64,000 nt of DNA from Alphaproteobacteria bacterium (GCA_013288305.1 JABDCD010000001.1:4923-68922), one strand, 5' to 3'. Positions 45,053-54,976 are shown, counted from the stretch's first letter. Program-made: numbers and translations. The notes: generated by a model not told the origin, from the letters alone.

Positions 45053-46034
45053 AATTATTATCACTGAAGCCGACGGCGGCATCCGCCTCGACCGCTGGTT
45101 CAAGCGCCATTATCCCGGACTGCAACATGCGTGGCTCGAAAAAAACCTGCGCAAGGGATTGATTCGCGTGGGCGGCAAAAAAGCGAAATCGTCAGACCGG
45201 GTAGAAATAGGGCAGGTGGTAGATATCAAATGCCCGATGCCGGATGTCACAAAAAATTCCCCGAATCCTGAATCCCGAATCCTGAATCCTGATGACATCC
45301 GCATGATCCAAAATGCCGTCCTCTATAAAGACGCCAACCTCATCGTCCTGGGCAAGCCATACGGCCTGGCGGTGCAGGGCGGCAGCAAAATCGTCAAAAG
45401 CATCGACGGAATGCTCGACGCCCTGCGCGACGGCGGCAAGGAACGCCCCAAGCTCGTCCACCGCCTCGACCGCGACACCAGCGGCTGCCTGGTGCTGGCG
45501 CGCAGTGCCAAAGTCGCCACGGCCATCATGCATCTTTTTTCCTCCCGCCGCGTCGAAAAAACTTATTGGGCGCTGGTCAATAACGCGCCGCTGCCGCCGG
45601 AGGGCGTCATCAACCTGCCGCTCTTAAAAAAAGAAAATCCCAAAGCCAGCGGACGTGCTGGCGGCCCCGAAGGAAGGGACTACGAAATCGTGCAGGTCAA
45701 CGAGGAAGGCCAGAAAGCGACCACCGAATACCGCGTCATCGACCAGCTCGCGCGCAAATTCGCGCTGGTCGAGATGAAGCCGCTCACCGGCCGTATGCAC
45801 CAGCTGCGCGTCCATATGTCGGCCATCGGCTGCCCCATCGTCGGCGATCACAAATATGGCGGCGGCACCGAAGACGCCCGTTCGCTGGGCGTCGAAAACA
45901 TCCTGCATCTTCATGCGCGGCGCATCGTCATCCCGGCCTTGCCTGGCGGCAAGAAAGTCGATGTCCTGGCACCGCTGCCCGACCATATGCGGCGCAGTTT
46001 CAAAGCACTGGGGCTGGACGTTCCGAAGAAATGA
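45045..46034 (+). CDS. RluA-family 23S rRNA pseudouridine synthase (S4 domain + catalytic domain) with an in-frame repeat insertion
   Basis: Catalytic HRLDRDTSGCLVLAR and GRMHQLRVHM. The insertion at 45242-45300 lies between the S4 and catalytic domains. Confidence 0.88.
   Translation: MDKIIITEADGGIRLDRWFKRHYPGLQHAWLEKNLRKGLIRVGGKKAKSSDRVEIGQVVDIKCPMPDVTKNSPNPESRILNPDDIRMIQNAVLYKDANLIVLGKPYGLAVQGGSKIVKSIDGMLDALRDGGKERPKLVHRLDRDTSGCLVLARSAKVATAIMHLFSSRRVEKTYWALVNNAPLPPEGVINLPLLKKENPKASGRAGGPEGRDYEIVQVNEEGQKATTEYRVIDQLARKFALVEMKPLTGRMHQLRVHMSAIGCPIVGDHKYGGGTEDARSLGVENILHLHARRIVIPALPGGKKVDVLAPLPDHMRRSFKALGLDVPKK
45242..45300. repeat. GAATCCY x4 tandem heptamer flanked by the inverted repeat ggatgtcac/gtgacatcc-like, in frame in the pseudouridine synthase gene
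   Basis: ggatgtcacaaaaaattccccgaatcctgaatcccgaatcctgaatcctgatgacatcc. Confidence 0.75.
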
Positions 46035-46693
46035 AACCTATGACACAAACCGTATACATAAATGGCAAAACCCTGGTAACGCCCGGCAAGCAGCCTTTGG
46101 CCGTGCCGACGCAAGCGCTGGCCGAGGCGATTGCCGCCGAGTGGCAGGCGCACAAAAAATTCAATCCGGGCAAAATGCCCCTCACCACCCTTGCCTATAC
46201 CGCCATCGACCGCATATGCGGCCATGAAGCGCAGATTATCGAAGCCCTGCTCGTCTATGTCGATACCGATACGCTGAGTTACCGCGCCAGCGGCTCGGAA
46301 AAACTGTACCGACAGCAGGAAGCCCAGTGGAACCCCATCCTCGCCTGGGCGGAGAAAAAATTCGGCGCTGCATGGGAAACCACCACCGGCGTCATGCCGC
46401 TGGAACAACCGCCGTCGCTGCATAAAGCCCTACAAACCTGCTTGCAAAAAATGAACGCCATGCAGCTTTCGGCGGCCTGCCTGCTCGCCTCCGGCCTGTC
46501 GTCGCTGGCGCTGGCGCTGGCGGTGCTGGAAAAACATGTGGACGCCGCCGAAGCCTTCCGCCTATCCAGGCTCGAAGAAGACGCCCAGGCCGAGCAATGG
46601 GGCCGCGATCCCGAGACGCAGCAGCGCGCCCGGCGTTTACGGGAGGAAGTGTTAACGGCGGAACGTTTTTTAGGCTTGCTTGAGGGGCCATAA
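46031..46693 (+). CDS. ATP12 family F1-ATPase assembly chaperone
   Basis: AEAIAAEWQAHKKFNPGKMPLTTLAYTAIDRI. Its start overlaps the upstream stop (ATGA). Confidence 0.8.
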   Translation: MKPMTQTVYINGKTLVTPGKQPLAVPTQALAEAIAAEWQAHKKFNPGKMPLTTLAYTAIDRICGHEAQIIEALLVYVDTDTLSYRASGSEKLYRQQEAQWNPILAWAEKKFGAAWETTTGVMPLEQPPSLHKALQTCLQKMNAMQLSAACLLASGLSSLALALAVLEKHVDAAEAFRLSRLEEDAQAEQWGRDPETQQRARRLREEVLTAERFLGLLEGP

Positions 46694-46732
46694 ATTGCTT
46701 ACCTTCCTCCTGAACTTCGAGGGACAAAACCT

Positions 46733-48340
46733 ATGGCTCTGATCCGAAAAAAATCGTCTCCCGCCGATGCGTCGCCGGAGGCGTCCAAAGGCAGCAAGCC
46801 GGTGCGCAGCAGCACCATCATCGGCGAGCTTGAGCATAAGCGCGACCGCGCCCGCGAAGGCGGCGGGCAGGCGCGCGTCGAGGCGCAGCACAGCAAGGGC
46901 AAGCTCACCGCGCGCGAGCGGCTGGAAGTGCTGCTCGATCCCGATTCCTTCGAGGAATACGACATGTTCGTCGAGCATCGCTGCACTCATTTCGGCATGG
47001 AAGCCAACAAAACCCCGGGCGACGGCTGCGTCACCGGCCACGGCACCATCAATGGCCGCCTCGCCTTCGTCTACAGCCAGGATTTTACCGTCTTCGGCGG
47101 CAGCTTGTCGGAAACCAACGCGCTTAAAATCTGCAAAATCCTCGACATGGCGATGAAAACCGGCGCGCCGGTCATCGGCCTGTGCGATTCCGGCGGCGCG
47201 CGCATCCAGGAAGGCGTCGATTCGCTCGGCGGCTATGCCGAAATTTTCCAGAGAAATGTTCTGGCCAGCGGCGTCATCCCGCAGATTTCCGTCATCATGG
47301 GGCCCTGCGCCGGCGGCGCAGTCTATTCCCCGGCGCTGACCGATTTCATCGTCATGGTGCGCGGCACCAGCTATATGTTCGTCACCGGCCCCGAGGTCGT
47401 AAAGACCGTCACTCATGAAATCGTAACGCAGGAACAACTCGGCGGCGCCGATACGCATACGCATAAAACCGGCGTCGCCGATCTCGCCTATGCCAACGAC
47501 ATCGAGGCGCTGCTGCAGACGCGCCGCATGTTCAATTTCCTGCCGCTGTCGAATAAATCCGGCGTGCCGGTGCGCCCGACCAGCGACCCCGCCGACCGCA
47601 TCGAAATGTCGCTCAACACCCTGGTGCCGGAAAACGCCAACCGCGCCTACAACATGAAGGAGCTGATCGAGCGCGTCGCCGACGAGGGGGATTTTTTCGA
47701 GATACAGCCGGATTACGCCAAGAACATCATCACCGGCTTCGGCCGCATGGAAGGCCACACGGTGGGCTTCGTCGCCAACCAGCCGATGCAACTCGCCGGC
47801 TGCCTCGACATCGACTCGGCGCGCAAAGGCGCGCGCTTCGTGCGTTTCTGCGACGCCTTCAACATCCCCATCGTCACCTTCGTCGATGTGCCGGGCTTCA
47901 TGCCGGGGACGTACCAGGAACATAACGGCATCATCAAGCACGGCGCGAAATTATTATACGCCTACGCCGAAGCGACCGTGCCCAAAATCACCGTCATCAC
48001 CCGCAAAGCCTATGGCGGCGCCTATGACGTCATGAGTTCCAAGCATCTGCGCGGCGACCTGAATTACGCCTGGCCCAGCGCCGAAATCGCTGTGATGGGC
48101 CCCAAAGGCGCCGTCGAAATCATCTTCCGCGGCAAGTTCAAAAGCGAAGAAGAAGAGCAGAAGCTGATCGACGACTACCGTGCCAAGTTCGCCAGCCCCT
48201 TCGTCGCCGCCAGCCGCGGCTTCATCGACGACGTCATCCGCCCGCAAAACACCCGCTGGCGCATCTGCCGGTCGCTCGCCGTCCTGCGCGACAAGGACGT
48301 CAAAAATCCGTGGAAGAAGCATGACAATTTGCCGTTGTGA
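46733..48340 (+). CDS. pccB: propionyl-CoA carboxylase beta subunit (acyl-CoA carboxyltransferase)
   Basis: [28 protein letters not shown], and [26 protein letters not shown]. Confidence 0.92.
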   Translation: MALIRKKSSPADASPEASKGSKPVRSSTIIGELEHKRDRAREGGGQARVEAQHSKGKLTARERLEVLLDPDSFEEYDMFVEHRCTHFGMEANKTPGDGCVTGHGTINGRLAFVYSQDFTVFGGSLSETNALKICKILDMAMKTGAPVIGLCDSGGARIQEGVDSLGGYAEIFQRNVLASGVIPQISVIMGPCAGGAVYSPALTDFIVMVRGTSYMFVTGPEVVKTVTHEIVTQEQLGGADTHTHKTGVADLAYANDIEALLQTRRMFNFLPLSNKSGVPVRPTSDPADRIEMSLNTLVPENANRAYNMKELIERVADEGDFFEIQPDYAKNIITGFGRMEGHTVGFVANQPMQLAGCLDIDSARKGARFVRFCDAFNIPIVTFVDVPGFMPGTYQEHNGIIKHGAKLLYAYAEATVPKITVITRKAYGGAYDVMSSKHLRGDLNYAWPSAEIAVMGPKGAVEIIFRGKFKSEEEEQKLIDDYRAKFASPFVAASRGFIDDVIRPQNTRWRICRSLAVLRDKDVKNPWKKHDNLPL

Positions 48341-48456
48341 GGCCAAATAAAATGCAGACAGTTGAAACCGGAATCTCGTATGACGAAACTCCTTGCGTTG
48401 CCTGACGCTAATGTGTATAATGAATATAATCTATACACATAAACAGAGAATACATT

Positions 48457-48750
48457 ATGCGCACCAATATCATCGTCAATGACCGTCTGATGAAACAGGC
48501 CATGCAGCTATCCGGTCTGCATACCAAAAAATCGGTGGTGGAGGAAAGCCTCAAGCTTTTCGTGCAAATGCAGAAGCAAAAAAAGCTTTCCGCGTGGTTC
48601 AGAATACGTGGCAGGCAAAAGAGCGGACAGCCTTTGCCACAACCAGATCGGCTTTTGGCGCTTGCCGGGTCCATTAGTGATGAGGACGCTAATGGTATGA
48701 TGCGCGTTATTTATGAAGATCGTTCTGCGGATTGGGATGCGCGTACGTGA
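48457..48750 (+). CDS. vapB: VapB-type antitoxin (type II TA) with a C-terminal extension
   Basis: MRTNIIVNDRLMKQAMQLSGLHTKKSVVEESLKLFVQMQKQ. Confidence 0.75.
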   Translation: MRTNIIVNDRLMKQAMQLSGLHTKKSVVEESLKLFVQMQKQKKLSAWFRIRGRQKSGQPLPQPDRLLALAGSISDEDANGMMRVIYEDRSADWDART

Positions 48751-49148
48751 CGGGCTGCATCCTTGATAGCGATGTGCTCATCCAGTTGCTTCGTAAAGAC
48801 GCGAAAGCTGTCGGCGATATTGCATCTATCCCCATCCCGGCGCGCCACACCACTATCATTACCTGCTCTGAATTATTGTACGGCGCCTATAATTCCGCCG
48901 CTGTGGAAAGAAATCTTGCTGTTACGCACCAGCTATTGAATGAATTAACCATCTTGCCGCTAACTTACGAATGCTGCGAACAATACGGCGCGTTAAAAGC
49001 GTTGCTTCGCAAGCGGGGCATCACCATCGGCGACAAGGACTTATTGATTGCCGCTATTGCCGTCAGCCATAATCTTCCGATTTTTACTTATAATCTGCGT
49101 GACTTTGGGCGCGTTCCCGGCTTAAAGTTGCACCCGTTATCACGCTAA
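48732..49148 (+). CDS. vapC: PIN-domain ribonuclease toxin VapC
   Basis: ILDSDVLIQLL...DLLIAAIAVSHNLPIFTYNLRDF. The start is uncertain: TTG 48732, or GTG 48747 which overlaps the vapB stop. Confidence 0.78.
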   Translation: MGCAYVTGCILDSDVLIQLLRKDAKAVGDIASIPIPARHTTIITCSELLYGAYNSAAVERNLAVTHQLLNELTILPLTYECCEQYGALKALLRKRGITIGDKDLLIAAIAVSHNLPIFTYNLRDFGRVPGLKLHPLSR

Positions 49149-49162
49149 GAGGGACATAAGCC

Positions 49163-51154
49163 ATGTTCTCTAAAATCCTCATCGCCAATCGCGGCGAAAT
49201 CGCCGTGCGCATCATGCGCACGTGCAAGAAGATGGGCATCCGCACAGTGGCGGTGTATTCTGAGGCCGACACCAACGCGCTGCATGTGCGCGAGGCTGAC
49301 GAGGCGATTTACATCGGCCCCAGCCCATCGATCAAAAGTTACCTCAACATCGACAGCCTTCTCTCCGCCATCGACCATAGCGGCGCCGAGGCGGTGCATC
49401 CCGGCTACGGATTTTTGTCGGAGAACGGCGAGTTCGCCCGCCGCCTGGAGCACGCCGGTATCACGCTGATCGGCCCCAGCGCCGAGGCCATACGCCTGAT
49501 GGGCGACAAGATCGAATCGAAAAAAATCGCCATCAAGGCTGGAGTGTCCAGCGTCCCCGGCACGCTCGACGTCGTGACCTCCGACGAAGAAGCCAAACGC
49601 ATCGTCAAGGAAATCGGCTTCCCGGTAATGATCAAAGCGGCGGCCGGCGGCGGCGGCAAGGGGATGCGCGTCGCCCGCAACGAAAAAGAATTGCATGACG
49701 GCCTCATTTCTTCCGCCTCCGAGGCAACGTCGAGCTTCAAGGATGGCCGCGTTTTCATCGAGCGCTTCTTCGAAAATCCGCGCCACATCGAAATCCAGGT
49801 GCTGGGCGACAAGCACGGCCACACGCTGTGGCTGGGCGAACGCGAATGCTCCATCCAGCGCCGCCACCAGAAGGTGATCGAGGAAGCGCCGAGCAGTTTC
49901 CTCGACGACAAAACCCGCAAGGCCATGGGCGAACAGGCCGTGTCGCTGGCCAAGGAGGTCGGCTATTATTCCGCCGGCACCGTCGAATTCATCATGGATC
50001 AGGACAAGCGCTTTTATTTCCTCGAAATGAATACGCGCCTGCAGGTCGAACACCGCGTCACCGAACTCGTCACCGGCATCGACTTGGTCGAGCAGATGAT
50101 CCGCGTCGCCGCCGGGGAGGAACTTTCCTTCACCCAGAAGGACGTCAAGCTGCACGGCTCGGCGCTGGAAGCCCGCATCTACGCCGAGGATCCGCGCCGC
50201 GCCTTCCTGCCCTCCACCGGCCGCATCACACGCTACCTGGAACCGGAAAACATGGAAAACGTGCTCATCGACACCGGCATTTACGAAGGCGGCGAAGCCA
50301 GCATGTTCTACGACCCCATGGTGGCCAAAGTCTGTTCCTACGGCGAAACGCGCGACGAGGCCATCGAGACGCTGAAGGAAGCGCTGTCGGCCTTCATCAT
50401 CGAGGGCATCTCGCATAATGCCAGCTTCCTCGAAGCCATTCTCGCCCACCCGCGCTTCGCCGCCGGCGACATCTCGACCAATTTCATCGAGCAGGAATAT
50501 CCCGGCGGCTTCATCGGCGCCGAGATGACCAGCGAAAGCACGAAAGTATTTCTCGGCACGGCGATCACCGTTTTCCTGCGCGACGCCGAGCGCGCCGCCC
50601 GCATCAGCCAGCAATTGCCCGGCCGCGAACGCGCCATCGGTGCGCACTGGGTCGCCAATGTCGACGGCGAGGATTACCCGGTCTATGTCCGCCACGACCA
50701 GGACCAGGGCTATTTCATCACCCACAACCGCAAGCTGATCTCGGTGAAAAGCGCGTGGAAGCTGGGCCGCCGCCTGTTCCAGGCCACCGTCAACGGCAAG
50801 CCGGTCAGCGTGCAGATCAAGCATCTCGAAGAGGGCTACGTGCTGACCTACGGCGGCTCCGACGTGACGGTACGCGTGCGCACGCCGCGCGTCGCCGAGC
50901 TGGCGCAGTTCATGCCCAAGCCGCAGGACCAGGGCAAAAAGAAAAACCTCGTCGCCCCCATCGCCGGCCTCATCGTCAGCATGAAGGTGAAGCAGGGCGA
51001 GCCGGTCAAAGCCGGGCAGGAGCTGGTGGTGATCGAGGCAATGAAAATGGAAAACGTCATCTACGCCGACCGCGACACCACGGTAGAAAAAATCTGCGTC
51101 GCCGACCGCGACAGCGTGCAGGTCGACCAGGTGCTGATAGAGTTCGCGGCGTGA
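49163..51154 (+). CDS. pccA: propionyl-CoA carboxylase alpha subunit (biotin carboxylase + BCCP)
   Basis: MFSKILIANRGEIAVRI, KAAAGGGGKGMR, and the biotinylation site EAMKMEN. Confidence 0.93.
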   Translation: MFSKILIANRGEIAVRIMRTCKKMGIRTVAVYSEADTNALHVREADEAIYIGPSPSIKSYLNIDSLLSAIDHSGAEAVHPGYGFLSENGEFARRLEHAGITLIGPSAEAIRLMGDKIESKKIAIKAGVSSVPGTLDVVTSDEEAKRIVKEIGFPVMIKAAAGGGGKGMRVARNEKELHDGLISSASEATSSFKDGRVFIERFFENPRHIEIQVLGDKHGHTLWLGERECSIQRRHQKVIEEAPSSFLDDKTRKAMGEQAVSLAKEVGYYSAGTVEFIMDQDKRFYFLEMNTRLQVEHRVTELVTGIDLVEQMIRVAAGEELSFTQKDVKLHGSALEARIYAEDPRRAFLPSTGRITRYLEPENMENVLIDTGIYEGGEASMFYDPMVAKVCSYGETRDEAIETLKEALSAFIIEGISHNASFLEAILAHPRFAAGDISTNFIEQEYPGGFIGAEMTSESTKVFLGTAITVFLRDAERAARISQQLPGRERAIGAHWVANVDGEDYPVYVRHDQDQGYFITHNRKLISVKSAWKLGRRLFQATVNGKPVSVQIKHLEEGYVLTYGGSDVTVRVRTPRVAELAQFMPKPQDQGKKKNLVAPIAGLIVSMKVKQGEPVKAGQELVVIEAMKMENVIYADRDTTVEKICVADRDSVQVDQVLIEFAA

Positions 51155-51157
51155 ACC

Positions 51158-52393
51158 ATGGCTGACGTTGCGGTGAAAATCGATTCTTCAACAGAGGCTC
51201 AGAATCCAGGGTCTGAATCCGAATCGCCTATCTATAGTACAGGCGTTCTGCCCTATCAGGCGCTCAAGGAGATGGTGAAGAGCGGCGAAATTAAGACGGA
51301 AATTCTTACTGAAATTATTGAAGATCAGATTCAACCCGCCAGCATCGACTTGCGATTGGGACATTTTGCCTATCCTGTAGATACCAGTTTTCTTCCGGGG
51401 TCAGGTATAAAAGTACTGGAAAAAATGCGACAACTGGATGAGCGCTTTGACGATTTTAAAATCGACCTGAGATCGGGCGCGGTTCTTGAAAGAGGAAGGG
51501 TATATGTCATTCCTCTTTTGGAAGAGGTCAATTTAAAGAGCAGTATGAAAAGTGAAATGCGGGGATTTGCCAATCCCAAAAGCTCCACGGGCAGGCTCGA
51601 TATTCTTACGCGTTTGATCACTGATGAAGGCACTAAGTTTGACCAGGTAAGAAGTGGCTACGAAGGAAAACTCTATGTTGAAGTGGCGCCACGCAGCTTC
51701 AGTATTATTGTTAAAACGGGCACCTGCCTCAACCAATTGCGATTTCGTCGTACCCGAGGTGCTGAATTACAGGCTATTACCTCGGAGAAATGGAAAAGCC
51801 TTCTCGAAAGTGGGCAAATTGCCTACACCCAAGATAACCAAAAACAGTCTAGTGAAGAGACCGGGAAGCTACGCTTTACTATTGATTTGCAAGGATCGGG
51901 GGCGGAAGGGGAGATTGTTGGATGGCGAGCCAAAAAACATGCTAAACGCATTGATCTGGCAAAAATCAACCATTACGACCCGCTCGATTTTTGGGAGCCT
52001 ATCTGCTTCCACAAAAGCGCCTCACTTATCCTCGACCCGGATGAATTCTATATTTTGATGACCAAGGAAGCCATCGCCGTGCCGCCCGATTATGCTGCCG
52101 AGATGCTGCCGTACGACACCCGCGCTGGCGAATTCCGCGTACATTACGCCGGGTTTTTCGATCCCGGCTTCGGCTGGGACGCCCTCACTGGCAAGGCGGG
52201 TAGCAGCCGCGGCGTCCTCGAAGTCCGTTCGCACGAAGTGCCGTTTTTATTGGAGCACGGCCAAACCGTTGGTTGGCTGCGCTATGAACGCATGATGGCC
52301 TGCCCGGATAAACCTTATGGTCAGGGCATTAGCTCAAATTACCAGAACCAAACGCTCAAACTCGCCAAGCAGTTCCGGGCGATGAGCGCCTAG
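51158..52393 (+). CDS. 2'-deoxycytidine 5'-triphosphate deaminase (DCD, two-domain PF06559-like) family protein
   Basis: IQPASIDLRLG, GAVLERGRVYVIPLLE, ANPKSSTGRLDILTR, and PRSFSIIVKTGTCLNQLRFRR. The gene is AT-shifted. Confidence 0.75.
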   Translation: MADVAVKIDSSTEAQNPGSESESPIYSTGVLPYQALKEMVKSGEIKTEILTEIIEDQIQPASIDLRLGHFAYPVDTSFLPGSGIKVLEKMRQLDERFDDFKIDLRSGAVLERGRVYVIPLLEEVNLKSSMKSEMRGFANPKSSTGRLDILTRLITDEGTKFDQVRSGYEGKLYVEVAPRSFSIIVKTGTCLNQLRFRRTRGAELQAITSEKWKSLLESGQIAYTQDNQKQSSEETGKLRFTIDLQGSGAEGEIVGWRAKKHAKRIDLAKINHYDPLDFWEPICFHKSASLILDPDEFYILMTKEAIAVPPDYAAEMLPYDTRAGEFRVHYAGFFDPGFGWDALTGKAGSSRGVLEVRSHEVPFLLEHGQTVGWLRYERMMACPDKPYGQGISSNYQNQTLKLAKQFRAMSA

Positions 52394-53607
52394 TGGATAC
52401 GCGCCGGCTCCGGCTTATATTCTTTTAGAATGGCGCCGTATAGCTCGCTGCCCAGTAACTCTTTCATACGCTTTGACCGCTCATATTGCCTGATCAGTTT
52501 TTCATGCCCCCTGGGATCGTTCTTGGGATTAGGAAGGTCATAGCTGGTTGCTTTTACAGTCTCCAGTTTTTCATTCAGCAATCTATCCTCCAGCGCCTTA
52601 TGGGCAAAACAAGGCTTGCCGCCGTCCCTGTCGCGCCCGCGCACGGCATCGACGAGCGCCGCCATGCTGACAGCCATGCTGACAAAAGGATCGGCATCCA
52701 CGCCGGGAAGGCGATTTTCGATACGGGTTTGATCGAACACTTCTTGCGGATGATTGGCGCCGTAGGCTTTTACGATGCGTACGGAAATGGGAAGCCTGCC
52801 GCGATTATTCTTGGCATCTTCATATCTGTTGTGACCTGTGCTGATCCCAATGCCGTTAGGTGTGGAATTATTGGCATGGATGCGCCATAGCGATTCCTCC
52901 GTTGGCAGCATTGAAATGGCTGCTTCGTTTTGCACTTCGAGCAAAGCATGGGCGCAGCGATACAGCAGATCATGATCAGTGCCGAAGACATTGCGGTTTT
53001 TATCGTCATACAGGCTGACATTGATGTGTAGCGCCGAAGTCAGGTCGCCGTAATTCTCATATTTTGTATTGGACTTTTTGGCGATCTCGCTGCCTCGATA
53101 GGGACGGACGCTGAAATTGGGCTCTATGTAAGGCGCTCTGTCATTGCTGATTTGCGTCAGGCAGGTAGTATGGAGAAGCGCATCTTTCAGCGCCTGTTTT
53201 TTAAGCAGGTGAGTAACGTGGGCTACCGCTTCGGGCCTGAAGGCCGCGCTGTTGAATCCCTGCTTTCGATCTGCCGGCTCGGCAATATTGATTTCGTATT
53301 GCTCCGGAACCATGGGCTGGCTGCGCCCCGGCAATCCAAGCCCGCCTATCGCCTCGTAACCTGTTTTTTCAAGATATTTTTTTCCATCCGCCAGTGTATC
53401 TATAAGCATTTGATTGAGACCGGGTAAATAAATCCGGCGGGCTATGGGTCTTTTATGCTCGTCTTCAGCCATGAATTCCAGCTCGATAGCCGAACGCACA
53501 TATAGGCCGCGCGCCGCCAATTCTTTCTTATATTCGCCAATGCGCTTCAGCGCTGTTTTTTGCAGCTCCGTTAAATTCGAAAAATCGATGTCGCGGGTTT
53601 TTGCCAT
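52390..53607 (-). CDS. divergent glutamine-synthetase-fold ligase (catalytic domain only)
   Basis: GS catalytic motifs appear in the expected order: IELEFMA, SALHINVSL, SVRIVKA, TRIENRLPGVDADPFV, and a C-terminal ELLGSELYGAILKEYK. No N-terminal beta-grasp domain is visible. The gene is AT-rich. Confidence 0.6.
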   Translation of the reverse strand: MAKTRDIDFSNLTELQKTALKRIGEYKKELAARGLYVRSAIELEFMAEDEHKRPIARRIYLPGLNQMLIDTLADGKKYLEKTGYEAIGGLGLPGRSQPMVPEQYEINIAEPADRKQGFNSAAFRPEAVAHVTHLLKKQALKDALLHTTCLTQISNDRAPYIEPNFSVRPYRGSEIAKKSNTKYENYGDLTSALHINVSLYDDKNRNVFGTDHDLLYRCAHALLEVQNEAAISMLPTEESLWRIHANNSTPNGIGISTGHNRYEDAKNNRGRLPISVRIVKAYGANHPQEVFDQTRIENRLPGVDADPFVSMAVSMAALVDAVRGRDRDGGKPCFAHKALEDRLLNEKLETVKATSYDLPNPKNDPRGHEKLIRQYERSKRMKELLGSELYGAILKEYKPEPARIH

Positions 53608-53767
53608 GGTATCTATGATCTTAGGCTATGATTATTAATATATCTTTTTATTCGTAAAATATATCGCCTTTTCCCCTTCCTGGCCATTTCTACTGCTCTT
53701 ATACTCATCCTTGAATGACCACCACCGCTGGCCGGAATGATTAACTAAACATTAAAAAAGTCAAAAA

Positions 53768-54205
53768 ATGTCAAGAAAATTGAGAACAAAACAGATAAAA
53801 GCGGCACGGCTGGTATTGGAAAATTACTCCGCTAATGGCATCGCGCGTGAACTTAAAATACGCCCGGAAACACTATCGCGTTGGAAAAAACTTCCCGCTT
53901 TTAAGAAAATAATAGAACAGGTTACGCAAAGTGAACTGGAGGAGGCGCGTTGTCAATTTGTGCATCTGGTCGATGCTTCGTTAGCGGCATTATGGTCGGT
54001 TGTCAAAGGGAGGCATTGCGATCCGGTTCGCCTCAAAGCCGCTTTAAGCGTGCTCAAACTGGCCGGAATCGAGCGCATTTCGGTGCCCAACGTGTCCGAA
54101 ACGGTGGATAACGCGCCCAAACAGGAGCAAAACGCGCCCGCAAGCGCGGCACCTAATGAAACGCCCGGCCAAACTCCTCCCGCAGCATCCTGTCGAATGT
54201 TGTGA
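53768..54205 (+). CDS. hypothetical protein with an N-terminal HTH-like segment
   Basis: [21 protein letters not shown] resembles a helix-turn-helix. The C-terminus is low-complexity and overlaps the lipB 3' end by about 50 nt. Confidence 0.45.
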   Translation: MSRKLRTKQIKAARLVLENYSANGIARELKIRPETLSRWKKLPAFKKIIEQVTQSELEEARCQFVHLVDASLAALWSVVKGRHCDPVRLKAALSVLKLAGIERISVPNVSETVDNAPKQEQNAPASAAPNETPGQTPPAASCRML

Positions 54206-54893
54206 GCGAAACATCGGCGCCCAGCGCCTTAAGCGACGTCACGCCCGCGTCGGCAATGCCGCAGGGGACGATGCCGCCGTAATGCGACAGGTCAGGATGG
54301 ACGTTGACCGAAATGCCATGATACGCCACCCATTTGCGCACGCGGATGCCGATGGCGGCGATTTTGGCTTCCCCAAAATCAGGTATCGGGTATCGGGCAT
54401 CGGGTATCAGTATTTTTTTTTCTGATTCCTGATTCCCGATTCCTGATTCCCGATTTACCCAAACGCCCACCCGCCCCTCGTGCGTAAACCCTTCCACGCC
54501 GAAGCGGGCAAGCGTGGCGATAATCCATTGCTCCAGCGTATGTACGTACGTACGTACGTCGCGCCCGCGCCGGTTGAGATCGAGCATGGCGTAGGCGACG
54601 CGCTGGCCGGGGCCGTGATAGGTGAATTGCCCGCCGCGGCCTGAGGGGTAAACCGGAAAGCGGGCATCGAGCAGGTCGGCGGCATTGGCGCTGGTGCCCG
54701 CCGTGTAGAGCGGCGGATGCTCCAGCAGCCACACCATCTCCGCCGCCCGCCCGGCCAGAATATCCTCGACCCGCCGCTCCATCGTTTCGACGGCAGCGGG
54801 GTAATCGACCGGCGCGGTGGATATTTTCCATTCCAATCCCCCCTCCCCTTGAGGGAGGGGGTTAGAGGGAGGGGACTTTGTTATTATATTCAT
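54153..54893 (-). CDS. lipB: octanoyltransferase LipB carrying repeat-derived insertions
   Basis: [23 protein letters not shown], and [17 protein letters not shown]. Start set at ATG 54893; TTG 54836 is an alternative. The track start 55004 would overlap the tRNA. Confidence 0.88.
   Translation of the reverse strand: MNIITKSPPSNPLPQGEGGLEWKISTAPVDYPAAVETMERRVEDILAGRAAEMVWLLEHPPLYTAGTSANAADLLDARFPVYPSGRGGQFTYHGPGQRVAYAMLDLNRRGRDVRTYVHTLEQWIIATLARFGVEGFTHEGRVGVWVNRESGIGNQESEKKILIPDARYPIPDFGEAKIAAIGIRVRKWVAYHGISVNVHPDLSHYGGIVPCGIADAGVTSLKALGADVSLTTFDRMLREEFGRAFH
54379..54453. repeat. tandem-heptamer-arm hairpin, family J (GGTATCG / GGAATCR), in frame in lipB
   Basis: tcaggtatcgggtatcgggcatcgggtatcag / T-run loop / ctgattcctgattcccgattcctgattcccga. 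The arms are only partly complementary. Confidence 0.75.
54838..54876. repeat. family E module (CCCCTCCCC hairpin) in the lipB 5' region
   Basis: cccccctccccttgagggagggggttagagggaggggac. Confidence 0.75.
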
Positions 54894-54976
54894 AGAAAGG
54901 AGATTTTTGTAACGCTTGCCAAAAGACGCATATTGGCCTACATAACTCGCTCTTGTCAATAAAGCCCAACGGATAT

